DNA of 50,043 bases from an uncultured Atribacterota bacterium (GTDB taxonomy: Bacteria > Atribacterota > Phoenicimicrobiia > Phoenicimicrobiales > Phoenicimicrobiaceae): assembly GCA_964632105.1 (NCBI GenBank), contig CAZWFH010000001.1:1-50043 (forward strand), written 5' to 3'. Position 1 is the first letter of the stretch. Every line of letters starts with the position of its first letter. The notes under the pieces were generated by a model. The model ran no database searches and was not told the origin of the DNA. It saw nothing but the letters and a program-made list of their open reading frames with translations. Of this stretch, positions 26,241 to 37,107 are shown one piece after another. Position numbers and translations under genes: made by a program.

Positions 26241-27230
26241 TGTATCGAGTATCGAGTTAAGAAAGAGAAAGAAAAGAAAAGAAATTAAAAAAACAGTATT
26301 GTAGCAGATGTATCGTTAAGAAAGAAAAACAATAATACTGTATTAAGTATATAATATCGAGTTAAGAAGATAAAATTCGTATCTCGTATATAGTATCGAG
26401 TATCGAGTATCGTGTATCGAGTCAAGAAAGAAAAAGAAAAGAAATAAAAAACAGTATTGCACTAAATATATTGTATTAAGTATATAATATCGAGTTAAGA
26501 AGATAAAATTCGTATCTCGTATCTCGTGAATCGTATCTCGCAAAGATAATAAAAACTAAGAATCAGAATAAATTTCTATTGCATATATAGTATATAGTAT
26601 CGAGTAACGTGTATCGTGTATCGTGTAAAGAAAGAGAAAGAAAAGAGATTAAAAAACAATATAGTACCAAATGTATCGTCAAGAAAGAGAAAGAAAAAAA
26701 CCATTCTACTTTTTATCTACCTCAATAAAGTTTATATCAGAAAATTGTCTTTTACAATTATCTTATTCGATAGAATAGGCAAAAATCCTTCTTTAATTAT
26801 ATATGATGATTTAAAAATTACAACATTAGACAAAAAAAGTATTATATAGTATCGAGTTAAGAAAGAGAAAGAAAAAAAATTAAAAGACAGTATCGTGCCA
26901 AATATATCGTTGAGGAAGAGAAAGAAAAATACTATTCTGCTTTTTATCTAAAAACTATAAACTAAAAACTAAAAACTTGTATTTATACTAACGACTAATT
27001 TAACCGGCAAACTGGTTAACCAGGTAACTGGATAACTAATATCCTATACGCTAAACGCTGATTAAATACTATCGACTATTTTAATTGGCAAATTTTTGTA
27101 TCTTGCATATTGTGGTTTTAATTGGTGAATTGGTAAATTGGTCAATTAATTTATTTTCTTTCCCTTTCTTAACTCGATACTATATACTCAATACTCGATA
27201 CTGTTTTTTAAATCGGTAAATTAATTACAA
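26241..27230. repeat. ~1 kb mosaic word-repeat array (four ~100-nt U units, two ~50-nt V units, then a chain of 7-8-nt tandem words)
   Basis: U copies start near 26241, 26391, 26587 and 26844 ((GTATCGA)n-AAGAAAGAGAAAGAAAAG-AAAAAACAGTAT...). V copies lie at 26339-26390 and 26471-26522. Words at 26945-27215: CTAAAAA, ACTAACGAC, CCAGTT/AACTGG, TACGCTAAACGC, AATTGGTN. An inverted U-type end lies at 27150-27208. Confidence 0.85.
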
Positions 27231-27488
27231 ATATTTTAATAAAAAAAGAGGAATTTGCTTTAAAAAATAGAATATATATAATATAAAATAGAAAAGTCTT
27301 TAATTCTTAAACTAAAAAATTAAAATAATTCGGTTCAAAAATGATATAATAAAAATAAGTTAAAAAAATTTTAATAAAAAAAGAGGAATTTTAAAAGTAA
27401 TGTTGAATATATAATTATTAAGTGTAAATTCTTTTAGTCGATTTTTTCGATTTTATCCGTAAAATTATAAAATAATAAAAAAGAAAGG

Positions 27489-28601
27489 ATGGTAGATATG
27501 TATAGAGAAAATTTGAAATTAAGTTTTGTAATCTTTTTAATAATTTTATTAGCCCTTTTTACTACCACTGTCTTTGCCAGCAGTGAAACAGAAAAATTAT
27601 TGCAAGAAATCATAGAAGGCAAAACCATGAAACCTGACATCTTTGCTTTCATCAATATGGGAAACTTTTATTGTTCGTTAGACCTATATGAACCTGCGGA
27701 AAAAGAATACGAAAAAGCTTTGGGTTTAGATGAAACGAATATATTGGCCGGGATAAATCAGAGTTATGCTTTGTACAAAATGGGGGAAAAAGAATCAGCT
27801 CTTACCAATCTATCTCAAATTATTATCGAAGACTCCAATAATGCCTTTGCCTATTTTGTAAAGGGAATGATATACAAAGAAACACTCGAATATGACTTAG
27901 CTATAAATGAATACGAAAAAGTTGTTGAACTCATTCCCCAAAATGACAAGCTTATTTCCGAATTAGCCCAGCTCTACCAGGATAATGACCAACTAATTGA
28001 AGCTACGGAAACATATATAAAATTGGGTAAACTTAAACCCAGCCCTTATATCCTGGACAATTTTTTAGCTTACCAGGAAAGTGCTGCCTGTTATTTGAAT
28101 TTGGGTGATTATTATAGTAGTGTGGGAAACATTGATCAAGCTGTATTTGCCTATAATAAAGTTACTCAATTTACCGAAGATAAACGGTCAATAGCTATAG
28201 CCCATTATCGATTAGGACTTATTAATCTAAAAGGTAAAAAATACGAACAAGCCATAATGGAAAAAGTATTATCCCAAAAATTTTACCCATTATACATCAA
28301 AGATTTTACTTTTGATAATTTTGCCCAGGCTTTTATTGAAATAGGCAACATGCATTATAATGCGGGAGAACTCCAAAAGGCTTATCAAAATTATGAACTG
28401 GCTCTCCAATTAGCAGATTCAAATTATATCCTCTCAGAAGCACATTATAAATTAGGACTATCTTATTACCGCAGCCAGGATTACGAAAATGCTGTAAGAG
28501 AAGGAGAAATTGCCTTAAGTCTAAATCCCGAATATTTATCTGACCAACAAAGATTAATTGACCTTTTGATTGCTAATGCTTGGTCTAATTTTACTAAATA
28601 A
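27489..28601 (+). CDS. Secreted tetratricopeptide (TPR) repeat protein
   Basis: Signal-like N-terminus, then repeated A-x3-Y-x(n)-G TPR units (GNFYCSLDLYEPAEKEYEKALGLD and others). The start is either 27489 or 27498. Confidence 0.75.
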   Translation: MVDMYRENLKLSFVIFLIILLALFTTTVFASSETEKLLQEIIEGKTMKPDIFAFINMGNFYCSLDLYEPAEKEYEKALGLDETNILAGINQSYALYKMGEKESALTNLSQIIIEDSNNAFAYFVKGMIYKETLEYDLAINEYEKVVELIPQNDKLISELAQLYQDNDQLIEATETYIKLGKLKPSPYILDNFLAYQESAACYLNLGDYYSSVGNIDQAVFAYNKVTQFTEDKRSIAIAHYRLGLINLKGKKYEQAIMEKVLSQKFYPLYIKDFTFDNFAQAFIEIGNMHYNAGELQKAYQNYELALQLADSNYILSEAHYKLGLSYYRSQDYENAVREGEIALSLNPEYLSDQQRLIDLLIANAWSNFTK

Positions 28602-28860
28602 AGAATAAAATAGTATCGAGTATATAGTATACCGTATGATAGAGTAGAGCGGATAGGATATTAGTTATGCAGTTACCCGGTTAACCAGTTTGCCAGTTAA
28701 TAAGTTTCGAGTTACAAGTTTCTGGTTTCAAGTTTACAGAGAGAGGTAGGGGCTTGATTTATCAAGCCCGCAAAACTCGAGACAGATAACCCGTATACTA
28801 TAAACTGTTTTTTTACTAACGACTATTCACTAACGACTATTAAAATAAATTCGAGGTGAA
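28602..28860. repeat. Mosaic word-repeat patch with a TGTAG-type hairpin
   Basis: GTATCGAGTATATAGTAT; CCGGTTAACCAGTTTGCCAGTT; GTTACAAGTTTCTGGTTTCAAGTTTACAG; hairpin GTAGGGGCTTGATTTATCAAGCCC (28747-28771); ACTAACGACTATTCACTAACGACTATT. Confidence 0.8.
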
Positions 28861-28863
28861 AAA

Positions 28864-29883
28864 ATGAAATCGAATAAAATAATTAATGGTTTAACCTTAT
28901 TGCTTATTGGAATAATCCTTTTAGCCAATACTTTAAATATATTAGAGTGGTCTGTTTGGTCAAATATAATTAAACTATGGCCTTTGCTTTTGGTAAGTTG
29001 GGGTATATCTTTAATCTTCAGAGGAAAGAGTCTTTCATTTATGGGACCACTAATTGTTTTCCTGGCAATTATATTGGGAGTGGGAGCAAGTTATATGGGA
29101 ATTGGTTTAGAAAGAGAAATGGTAAGGGAAGTAAAAACTCTAAGCCGAGAAATAGTTATTGAAGCTGAAAAAGTTCCTGAAACTGAAGTAGCACCAGAAG
29201 TTGAAATAACCCCAGAAACCGAAGCGGCTCCGGAAACCGAAATAACTCCCGAAACAGAAACATCTTTAGAAACGAAAGAATATCCCAAAATCGAAAGAGC
29301 TTCAATTGAATTAAATCTTGATGTAGGGAAACTTGCTCTAGGCGAATCCACCCCTCTACTTTATGAATGCATCTCTCAATATCGATATAAAGAATTTGAG
29401 CCTTTTGAAAAATTCTCCCATACCGAAAAAGAGGCCGACATACTTATCTACCATTCGCCGGTAACAAAAAAAGTGATATCTAATAATATTAAAAATAACT
29501 GGCAGTTAAAATTAAACAATGAAATAATATATAATCTATCAGTTGAAACAGGTGCTATCAATACAGATTGTAACTTATCAGGTTTTAAAGTAGAAAAACT
29601 ATATATTGAAAGTGGAGCAAGTAATATTAACTTGGTTTTACCTCAATATAATTCTAAGATAATTATAGATACCGGAGTATCTAATATCGATATCGCTATA
29701 CCTAAAAATGTGGGAGCAACAGTGAATATTGATTCGGGAATTGCTATAAAAAACTTAGATAATTTTATCAAGAGAAATGACACCTACATTTCCCAAAATT
29801 ATAATGACTCAGAATTCAAAACAGATATAGAGATTGACTGTGGGGTTTCCCACATAAACATTCATTATACAGATATTCCCTAA
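28864..29883 (+). CDS. LiaF-like / DUF4097 (toastrack) membrane protein with a PETE-rich linker
   Basis: N-terminal 3-4 TM helices; acidic repeat PETEVAPEVEITPETEAAPETEITPETETSLETKE; C-terminal beta-rich repeats (IESGASNINLVLP, DTGVSNIDIAIP, DCGVSHINIHY). Confidence 0.5.
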   Translation: MKSNKIINGLTLLLIGIILLANTLNILEWSVWSNIIKLWPLLLVSWGISLIFRGKSLSFMGPLIVFLAIILGVGASYMGIGLEREMVREVKTLSREIVIEAEKVPETEVAPEVEITPETEAAPETEITPETETSLETKEYPKIERASIELNLDVGKLALGESTPLLYECISQYRYKEFEPFEKFSHTEKEADILIYHSPVTKKVISNNIKNNWQLKLNNEIIYNLSVETGAINTDCNLSGFKVEKLYIESGASNINLVLPQYNSKIIIDTGVSNIDIAIPKNVGATVNIDSGIAIKNLDNFIKRNDTYISQNYNDSEFKTDIEIDCGVSHINIHYTDIP

Positions 29884-30052
29884 AATAAATAATTATTTTT
29901 TTAACAAATTATCTTATATTTAAAAAAATATTCAAGATATGGGATAGAAATAATTTCGTTTTGAGACTCTAATAAAATAGTTCTTGTGTGATTATTGGAA
30001 AATTCTAAAAAAGAATTAAAAGTAAATTTTAAATGCATTTAAAATAATATCT

Positions 30053-30931
30053 CTATTTAACTTCTTCTTTTCTTAGATAGACTACCTGTCTGGGGAAGGG
30101 AATTTCTATTCCTTCTTTATCAAAAGCATCTTTAATTCTTCGTTTAAGTTCTCTCTCTGCTCCCCAATGAGTCATTGGCTTAACTTTAATTGCTATTCTT
30201 AAAATAACATCTGAAGAACCGAGAGATAATACCCCTTGAATAATTGGAGGTTCTAAAACAATATTTTTATTCTCCTCAGCCCATTTATTGGCAATTTCTT
30301 CTAAGGCTTTCATTCCTCTTTCTACATCTTGTTCATAGGCTACCCCTACTTCAACAATGGCTCTCATATACCCTTTATTAAAATTACCAAAACTAGCAAT
30401 TTCTCCATAAGGGATTACTCTTAACTCGCCTGAAAACTTCCTTAAATGAATATTCCTTAAACCAATAACTTCCACTGTTCCAGAATGTTCTCCTACGTTA
30501 ATAGAATCTCCCACCGAAATCACCCCTTCAAAAAGTAGAAAGACACCTGAAATAACATCTTTCACTAGAGATTGAGCTCCAAAACCAACTGCTAAACCAA
30601 CAACTCCGGCACTGGCAATAATCGCGGTAGTATCTATCCCTAATTCTCTTAATACTATTACTCCGGTAATAAAATAAATTACATATTTAGAAACACTCTG
30701 CAAAAGCGGAATAAGAGTATTCGCTCGAGAAATTTTCTTCTGATAATTTTTAGATTTTTCTAAAGGGGTTAAAGATTTTTCTATTAGTTTATTAATTACA
30801 GATAAAGCTATCTTTGCTACCACTAATATTATAATAATTGTTATAAATTTTCCCCACCACAGAATAAGATTTTCCGGACTAAAAATACTTAATACCGCTT
30901 GCCAAAAACTGTTCATATATTGCATAAACAT
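30053..30931 (-). CDS. Small-conductance mechanosensitive channel (MscS family)
   Basis: ATG 30931 lies 8 nt after AAGGAG. Three TM helices, then GAQSLVKDVISGVFLLFEGVISVGDSINV of the MscS pore/beta domain. Confidence 0.85.
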   Translation of the reverse strand: MFMQYMNSFWQAVLSIFSPENLILWWGKFITIIIILVVAKIALSVINKLIEKSLTPLEKSKNYQKKISRANTLIPLLQSVSKYVIYFITGVIVLRELGIDTTAIIASAGVVGLAVGFGAQSLVKDVISGVFLLFEGVISVGDSINVGEHSGTVEVIGLRNIHLRKFSGELRVIPYGEIASFGNFNKGYMRAIVEVGVAYEQDVERGMKALEEIANKWAEENKNIVLEPPIIQGVLSLGSSDVILRIAIKVKPMTHWGAERELKRRIKDAFDKEGIEIPFPRQVVYLRKEEVK

Positions 30932-30964
30932 TAAAGTCTCTCCTTTACAATTTATATTTGTCAA

Positions 30965-31137
30965 TAAATTAATTTACCAATTTACCGATTAGTCGATAGT
31001 ATTTAATTAGCGTATAGCGTACAGCGGGTAGCGTATAGGCACGGGGAACAATTGCGGGAAAAAATACGAATACTAAAGACGCAAAAATTTCCCACAGTCT
31101 GCCCGTAGGACAGGCGTCTCGCCTGTCTAAAGTAAAT
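30965..31137. repeat. Mosaic word-repeat patch plus hairpins downstream of clpB
   Basis: TTACCAATTTACCGATT; GTCGATAGTATTT; AGCGTATAGCGTACAGCGGGTAGCGTATAGG; hairpin GACAGGCG-TCTC-GCCTGTC. Confidence 0.75.
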
Positions 31138-33732
31138 TTATATTTTTTTGAAAATTATTTTCTCATTTTTTTCATCCAAATCGGTTTCTAATTTATCCCC
31201 CTCTTTAAAAACTCCTTCTAAAATTTGCAAGGCCAAGGGGTCTTGAATGTACCTTTGAATGGTTCTCTTTAAAGGTCGAGCACCATAATGAGGGTCATAT
31301 CCTTTTTCAGCTAAAAATTCTTTTGTTTTTTGAGTAATTTTTAAATAAACTTTTTTAGTTACTAATCTCTTTTTTAAAATATTGAGCTGGATATCCACGA
31401 TTTTAATAATCTGCTCTTTATCTAAATTGTTAAAGATAATTATCTCATCAAGTCTATTTAAAAATTCTGGCTTAAAGTACTCACGAAGAGAATCGTTTAC
31501 TTTTTGCATAACAGACTCTCTATTCCCCTCATTCATTTCGTAGATCCACTGACTACCAATATTCGAAGTCATAATCAAAATAGAATTTTTAAAATTAACT
31601 ACCCTTCCCTGTCCGTCAGTTAGACGGCCATCATCTAAAATCTGCAACAAAACATTAAAAACATCGGGATGAGCTTTCTCAATTTCATCAAAGAGAATAA
31701 CTGAATAAGGTTTGCGCCTGACAATTTCAGTAAGTTGACCACCTTCTTCATATCCTACATAGCCTGGCGGAGCCCCGATTAACCGGGCTACACTGTGTCT
31801 CTCCATATATTCAGACATATCGATACGCACTAGAAAATTTTCATCATTAAATAAAAAATCAGCCAAACTACGAGCGAGCTCAGTTTTACCTACTCCTGTA
31901 GGCCCCATAAAGATAAATGATCCTACTGGTCTATTGGGATCCGCTATCCCCACTCGGGATCTCCTGATAGCATTAGAAACTAACCTAATCGCCTCATCTT
32001 GTCCAACAACTCTTTGTTTAAGCTCTTCTTCAATCCTGACTAATTTATTTGCTTCCCCCTCCATAAGTCGGCCAATAGGGATGCCGGTCCATTTGGAAAT
32101 AATTTCTGTAATATCCTCTTCATCAACTTCTTCTTTAAGCATTTTATGTTCTTTTTGCAAAGTAATTAGTTTTTTATTCTCTTCCGCTAAATCTTTTTGT
32201 AGTTGAGGGAACTTTCCATATTTTAATTCTGCTACTCGATTAAGATTACCTTCTCTCTCTTCTTTCTCAGCTTCTATTTTATTCTTTTCAATACTACTTT
32301 TTATTTTTCGTATTCTCTGGATTGATTCCTTCTCATTCTTCCATTTTAATTTCATCCCATCTCTTTTTTCTTTTAAAGAACTTAGTTCCTTTTCTATTTT
32401 ATTTAAATGTTCCTGAGAAATAGAATCTTTTTCTTTCTTTAAAGCATGCTTTTCTATTTCTAATTGAATAATTTTTCTTTCCACTTCATCTATCTCTATA
32501 GGCATACTATCGATTTCCATCCTCAAACGGGAGGAAGCTTCATCTATCAGATCAATTGCCTTATCTGGCAAAAATCTATCGGTAATATAGCGATTAGATA
32601 ATATGGCTGCAGCAACTAAAGCTGAATCTTTAATTCTTATTCCATGATACACTTCATATTTCTCTTTTAATCCTCTTAAAATGGCAATAGTATCTTCTAC
32701 TGAGGGTTCCTTTACTAACACTGGTTGGAATCTTCTCTCCAATGCAGCATCTTTTTCGATATATTTTCTATATTCCTTTAAAGTTGTAGCTCCGATACAA
32801 TGCAATTCGCCCCGAGCTAAAGCCGGCTTTAACATATTGGAAGCATCTATTGCTCCTTCAGCTGCTCCTGCTCCCACTAAAGTATGGAGTTCATCAATAA
32901 AAACAATTATTTTACCTTCCGCTTTTTGGATCTCTTTTAAAACTGCTTTTAAACGATCTTCAAATTCACCTCTATATTTTGCGCCAGCTACCATAGAACT
33001 AATATCTAAAACCAGTACCTTTTTATTTTTTAATCCTTCCGGAATATCTCCACTTACAATTCTCTGGGCTAAACCTTCAGCAATTGCTGTCTTACCTACT
33101 CCCGGTTCACCAATTAAAACAGGATTATTTTTAGTACGCCGTAAAAGTATTTGCATAACCTGTCGTATTTCATCATCCCGCCCAATTACCGGATCAAGTT
33201 TCCTTTCTCTAGCTAAATCAGTTAGATCACGAGCATATCTTTCTAAAGCTTGATATTTTTCCTCTGGATTTTGATCAGTTACCCGCTGATTTCCTCTAAT
33301 ATTCACTAAAGCCTGATAGATTTTATCTTTATTAATCCCTTCTTTTTTTAATAAATCACTAACTATGGTTCCTTCTGCTTCAACCAAAGCAATAAATAAA
33401 TGTTCCGTACTAACATATTCATCTTTTACTTTTTGGGCTTCTTGTTGAGCTGTATTCAATATATTATTAAGTTTATTCCCTATATGTTGTCCTCCTGTTG
33501 CTCCATAAACCTGAGGAATTTTTTCTAGCAGCCTTTCTAATTTAACTTTGAGTTGTTCAAAATTAATTTCTAACTTCTGCAATATCGAAGGCACAACTCC
33601 GTCTTTTTGATTAATTAAAGCCAGTAAAAGATGCTCCCCCCTAATCTCTTGGTGATTATAACTACTGGCAATTTGTTGAGCTTCTCCAATAGCTTCTTGA
33701 GCTTTTACTGTAAACTTATCAAATTTAATCAT
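31138..33732 (-). CDS. clpB: ATP-dependent chaperone/disaggregase ClpB
   Basis: Two AAA+ modules ([18 protein letters not shown]) with a long coiled-coil middle domain between them. ATG 33732 follows AAGGTGG. Confidence 0.95.
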   Translation of the reverse strand: MIKFDKFTVKAQEAIGEAQQIASSYNHQEIRGEHLLLALINQKDGVVPSILQKLEINFEQLKVKLERLLEKIPQVYGATGGQHIGNKLNNILNTAQQEAQKVKDEYVSTEHLFIALVEAEGTIVSDLLKKEGINKDKIYQALVNIRGNQRVTDQNPEEKYQALERYARDLTDLARERKLDPVIGRDDEIRQVMQILLRRTKNNPVLIGEPGVGKTAIAEGLAQRIVSGDIPEGLKNKKVLVLDISSMVAGAKYRGEFEDRLKAVLKEIQKAEGKIIVFIDELHTLVGAGAAEGAIDASNMLKPALARGELHCIGATTLKEYRKYIEKDAALERRFQPVLVKEPSVEDTIAILRGLKEKYEVYHGIRIKDSALVAAAILSNRYITDRFLPDKAIDLIDEASSRLRMEIDSMPIEIDEVERKIIQLEIEKHALKKEKDSISQEHLNKIEKELSSLKEKRDGMKLKWKNEKESIQRIRKIKSSIEKNKIEAEKEEREGNLNRVAELKYGKFPQLQKDLAEENKKLITLQKEHKMLKEEVDEEDITEIISKWTGIPIGRLMEGEANKLVRIEEELKQRVVGQDEAIRLVSNAIRRSRVGIADPNRPVGSFIFMGPTGVGKTELARSLADFLFNDENFLVRIDMSEYMERHSVARLIGAPPGYVGYEEGGQLTEIVRRKPYSVILFDEIEKAHPDVFNVLLQILDDGRLTDGQGRVVNFKNSILIMTSNIGSQWIYEMNEGNRESVMQKVNDSLREYFKPEFLNRLDEIIIFNNLDKEQIIKIVDIQLNILKKRLVTKKVYLKITQKTKEFLAEKGYDPHYGARPLKRTIQRYIQDPLALQILEGVFKEGDKLETDLDEKNEKIIFKKI

Positions 33733-33786
33733 CTTATTCACCACCTTCTTAACTATAAGGATATTAAAAAATAATTCATTGACAAA

Positions 33787-34881
33787 TTAGATTTTAAAAT
33801 ATCTTTGACAGCTTTTCAACCCATCAATTAAAATATCATTCTCCTCTTTATTCCCTACAGTTATACGTAAAAAATATCTGGAGCTTGAAAAAACGGGATC
33901 CGAAACCGTTTGGACTAAAATTCCTTGTTCTAATAAATTATTATAAACTAAGTCTGTATCTTCTTTAGAGCCCGCCTCAACCAAAACAAAGTTGGTCTGA
34001 GAAGGATGAGTTTTAAAAGGGGTAATTTCGTTTATTCTGTCTGTTAATCTTTCGCGTTCTTTAATAATCTTCTCTATGTTATTTTTTAAAATTTCTTTAT
34101 TTTCAAAAACCACCTGGGCTGCTAGTTGGGAAAAAGTATTTACATTAAAAGGATTTTTTACTTTTCTCACTTCATTAATAATTTCAGGATTAGAAAGTAA
34201 ATATCCCACCCGTAAACTGGCTATACTGTAAGCTTTAGAAAAAGTTCTAAGAATAACTAAATTGTCGTAACGAGATATAAGGGGTACAAAAGTCTTTTTT
34301 CCAAACTCATAGTAAGCTTCGTCCACTACTACCAGACAACCTGATTCTTCAATTATCTTTATAATCTTATCCTCGGCAAAATAGTTTCCGGTGGGGGCAT
34401 TGGGATAAGCTAAAAAAATTATGGAAGAATCATCCTTTTTTGCTTCCTCTAAAATTTTATCCTCATTTAAACTAAAATTGCTCTGACTTAAAGGAATCTG
34501 TACAAAATTAGATCCATTAACAATTGAATAAATTTTATACATGGCAAAAGAGGGTGCAGTAGTAATAACCTTTCTCCCTTTTTCTGAGAAAGCCTTAATT
34601 AAATAATCAATAAGTTCATCAGAACCATTTCCTATAACTATATTATCTCTGGTTAAACCCCAAAAAGCAGAAACGGCTTCACTTAATTTCACAGAATTTG
34701 CGTTAGGGTAACGAGAATATTTTAAATTTTTAGCTTTTCTTAATATTTCTTCAATAATCCCTTCTGGTAAACCATAAGGATTTTCATTAGCATTTAATTT
34801 CACTTTATAAGGAACTTCATGAGGGTCGTAAGGCTTTAGTCCCTTTATACTATCACGATAAAATTTATTATTTTTTTCCAT
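33787..34881 (-). CDS. hisC: Histidinol-phosphate aminotransferase
   Basis: LNANENPYG, GNGSDELI, YPNAPTG, VVVDEAYYEF, RTFSKAYSIASLRVGY (PLP lysine motif). Confidence 0.85.
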   Translation of the reverse strand: MEKNNKFYRDSIKGLKPYDPHEVPYKVKLNANENPYGLPEGIIEEILRKAKNLKYSRYPNANSVKLSEAVSAFWGLTRDNIVIGNGSDELIDYLIKAFSEKGRKVITTAPSFAMYKIYSIVNGSNFVQIPLSQSNFSLNEDKILEEAKKDDSSIIFLAYPNAPTGNYFAEDKIIKIIEESGCLVVVDEAYYEFGKKTFVPLISRYDNLVILRTFSKAYSIASLRVGYLLSNPEIINEVRKVKNPFNVNTFSQLAAQVVFENKEILKNNIEKIIKERERLTDRINEITPFKTHPSQTNFVLVEAGSKEDTDLVYNNLLEQGILVQTVSDPVFSSSRYFLRITVGNKEENDILIDGLKSCQRYFKI

Positions 34882-34945
34882 ATCTTATATTATTGCTCCC
34901 TTCTTACTATTCTTACTATATTAAATAAATATCTCCTGATGCAAT

Positions 34946-35650
34946 TTAAAAATCTATTTTAATCTCTCTATTATTTCGATTCAATAAATCAGTAGTTAAT
35001 TCTGCTTTGCACTGCTCGATTAACAATTTTGCCAATTCATCTCTTGCTTCCTCTATAATCGATTGAGGAACTGCCCCGATTCCATCAATATTAATAACCA
35101 TTCTTTTGGTATTTTCAGTAATTTTACTAAAATCACCATTTCGCCAATTCCATCTCCTACACATCACCTTCAAAGTTTTATCATCAAAATAAATTACCTC
35201 TCCGGGTTGAGGATTTTCTTCTTCTTCACTACCCAAAGCAACAAACCATTCATTCCCCTTGGCAAAGCAAAGATGCAAATTTCCTTCTATTTTATCTGCA
35301 TCATCACCGCCGCAAGGGATAAGATATTTTATAGAAATATAATTAAATAAGGCAACTACTGAGTTAATAAAAGGAAACCCTCCACCTTGTTTTATTCTTT
35401 TTAAAAGTGCTGTTATCGAAGGTGGAAACTTGTGCGGATCAGAACCAAACTTTAAATGTGCTTCATTCCAGGCCTTTACAAAAGGATGTTCAATTAAATC
35501 TTCCTTCATCCTCTTTTCAATCTCTTTATTTAAAGGTTTCTTTATTCTTTTGTTACCAAGCGCATTTTCTACATCTCTAACAATTATAATCCCTCTTTTA
35601 AAATCAGGAAATTGAACAAAAATTTCTGGATCTATTATTACTTTTCTCAT
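34946..35650 (-). CDS. B3/B4 tRNA-binding domain protein (COG3382-like)
   Basis: 234 aa whose overall pattern resembles stand-alone PheT B3/4-domain proteins. Assigned from memory only. Confidence 0.55.
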   Translation of the reverse strand: MRKVIIDPEIFVQFPDFKRGIIIVRDVENALGNKRIKKPLNKEIEKRMKEDLIEHPFVKAWNEAHLKFGSDPHKFPPSITALLKRIKQGGGFPFINSVVALFNYISIKYLIPCGGDDADKIEGNLHLCFAKGNEWFVALGSEEEENPQPGEVIYFDDKTLKVMCRRWNWRNGDFSKITENTKRMVINIDGIGAVPQSIIEEARDELAKLLIEQCKAELTTDLLNRNNREIKIDF

Positions 35651-35806
35651 AATCTATTTATTTTCACTTTTCACTTAAAATTTATGTATTTTGCTTAATT
35701 TATTTTCCTTAAAATGTTCTTCCAATCTTGATTAATTTGATGCTTTTTTGTTTTAATAATCTGGTATGAGCTAATAGTTTTTGGAGAAAATGAAGGGAAC
35801 AAAAAA

Positions 35807-36334
35807 TTATTTCTTTTCTAAGCTCCTGATTTGATCCCGTAATTTAGCAGCTTCCTCGTAATTTTCTATCTCTATTGCTTTCTGCATCTTTTGTTGTAAC
35901 TCGACAAGTTTTACTTCTTTTTCATTCTCTAAGGTAACTTTCTCTGTAGAAGCCTTATTTAATACTTCTTCGGTTACGTAAATAGGGGCGTTTGCCCTCA
36001 GGGCTAAAGCAATAGCGTCACTCGGTCTGGCATCAATTTCTTTTTCCGTTTGATTTGTTTTTAATCTAACTGAAGCAAAATAAGTATTATCTTTAATATT
36101 GCAAATTACTACTCTTGTTACAACTACGCCAAGGGAATCTAAAATATTTTTTATTAAATCATGGGGTAAAGGTCTTACTGGTTTTACTTTTTCCAAAGCT
36201 AAAGAAATCATCTTTGCTTCGTAATGCCCTACCCAGATAGGAAGCCACCTTTTTTCAGTTTCATCTTTTAAAATTACCACAAAACCTTTTGTCACCGGGT
36301 CAATTGCTACACCGGAAATTTTTACCCTTATCAT
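35807..36334 (-). CDS. Bifunctional nuclease (DUF151) with a C-terminal UVR motif
   Basis: LPIWVGHYEAKMISLAL, RPLPHDL, DARPSDAIALALR, and the C-terminal EIENYEEAAKLRDQIRSLE. Confidence 0.8.
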   Translation of the reverse strand: MIRVKISGVAIDPVTKGFVVILKDETEKRWLPIWVGHYEAKMISLALEKVKPVRPLPHDLIKNILDSLGVVVTRVVICNIKDNTYFASVRLKTNQTEKEIDARPSDAIALALRANAPIYVTEEVLNKASTEKVTLENEKEVKLVELQQKMQKAIEIENYEEAAKLRDQIRSLEKK

Positions 36335-36485
36335 TTTTATCCCTCTTTTTTATTTTGTATTTTACCATATTTTACTTTTAATTTTAAGAGTTTTTCTTTT
36401 TCTCTATATATTATATTCTACAACAAATGTAAAATCCCTGCATAAATTTTATTTTTTTTCAAAATTTTTTCAGTTATAAATTAAT

Positions 36486-36990
36486 TCACCAATTCTCCAA
36501 TTTGCCAATTTGCCAATTTAAAAAACAGTATCGAGTATTGAGTATATAGTATCGAGTTAAAAAAGGGGAAGAAAATAAATTAATTGACCAATTTGACAAT
36601 TCTCCAATTAATAAAATTTGTAAGATATAATATGCGAGATTCAATAAAAAGATGCAAGATACAAAGATTACAATTAACCGATTAAGCAATATAGTAATTT
36701 GCCAATTTGCCGCTTAGCCAATTAAATTAGTCGTTAGCAATAAACCTAGCGTATAGTGTATATTGTTTAGCGTATAGTAATTTAGAATCGTATATTGTGT
36801 ATTAGTTACCCAGTTACCTTGTTCACCAGTTTCCAGTTTCTTTAAGATAAAATCTTCTCTAACTTCTATCTCTATTTGCCAGATTCTCAAATCTTGAAAG
36901 TTTTTTATCTTCTCAGTCATTCTTCTCTTTCTTTTTCCTTCTTTGCTCGATACTCGATACTATATACTCGATACTATCTTTATATCAATT
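36486..36990. repeat. Mosaic word-repeat region holding two long dispersed-repeat copies
   Basis: 36521-36612 is ~90% identical to the reverse complement of 27116-27208. 36745-36872 is ~87% identical to the reverse complement of 43281-43408, with a ~50-nt perfect core. Track ORFs 36486-36689 and 36714-36920 and the first ~55 codons of 36943-38109 are repeat artefacts. Confidence 0.85.
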
Positions 36991-37107
36991 GATTACCCTT
37001 TAAAGAAATGTTATAATTTTTTAAGTTATAAAGATAATATTTTTTATTATATTACAATTAATTTTATAAAAATAAAATACTTCGGCCTTGGGAGGAATAT
37101 ACTACAT

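Noticed and set aside
26343-26849. Track ORFs 26343-26543 (-) and 26616-26849 (+)
   Set aside because: They lie wholly in the repeat array, translate to low-complexity peptides (RYSILYTRYEF and similar), have no RBS, and the reading frames are not conserved between repeat copies.
26241-27230. Possible CRISPR array, given the many direct repeats in a long non-coding stretch
   Set aside because: Repeat units are 50-100 nt, degenerate and irregularly spaced (about 150-255 nt). The material between them is itself repeated elsewhere, no cas genes are present, and there is no constant repeat/unique spacer alternation.
31934-33253. Plus-strand ORFs 31934-32206 and 32681-33253; the same type occurs at 47129-47446, 47471-47965, 13768-14154, 22731-23252 and 35063-35615
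   Set aside because: These are antisense shadow ORFs inside well-supported genes (clpB, malic enzyme, GH130, permease, B3/4 protein). They give low-complexity Ser/Pro/Ile-rich translations and have no RBS.
33745-33786. Possible clpB promoter (TTGTCA ... TATCCT on the minus strand) or heat-shock operator (CIRCE/CtsR) in the 42-nt hisC-clpB gap
   Set aside because: The hexamers are weak and no CIRCE (TTAGCACTC-N9-GAGTGCTAA) or CtsR repeat is present. Nothing can be supported from sequence alone.
36486-37107. Track ORFs 36486-36689 (-), 36714-36920 (-) and the first ~55 codons of 36943-38109 (+)
   Set aside because: They are composed of word repeats. The homologous copy at 43281-43408 contains stops in all frames, so the sequence is non-coding. 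The CaCA gene more plausibly starts at TTG 37108 after a GGAGG.
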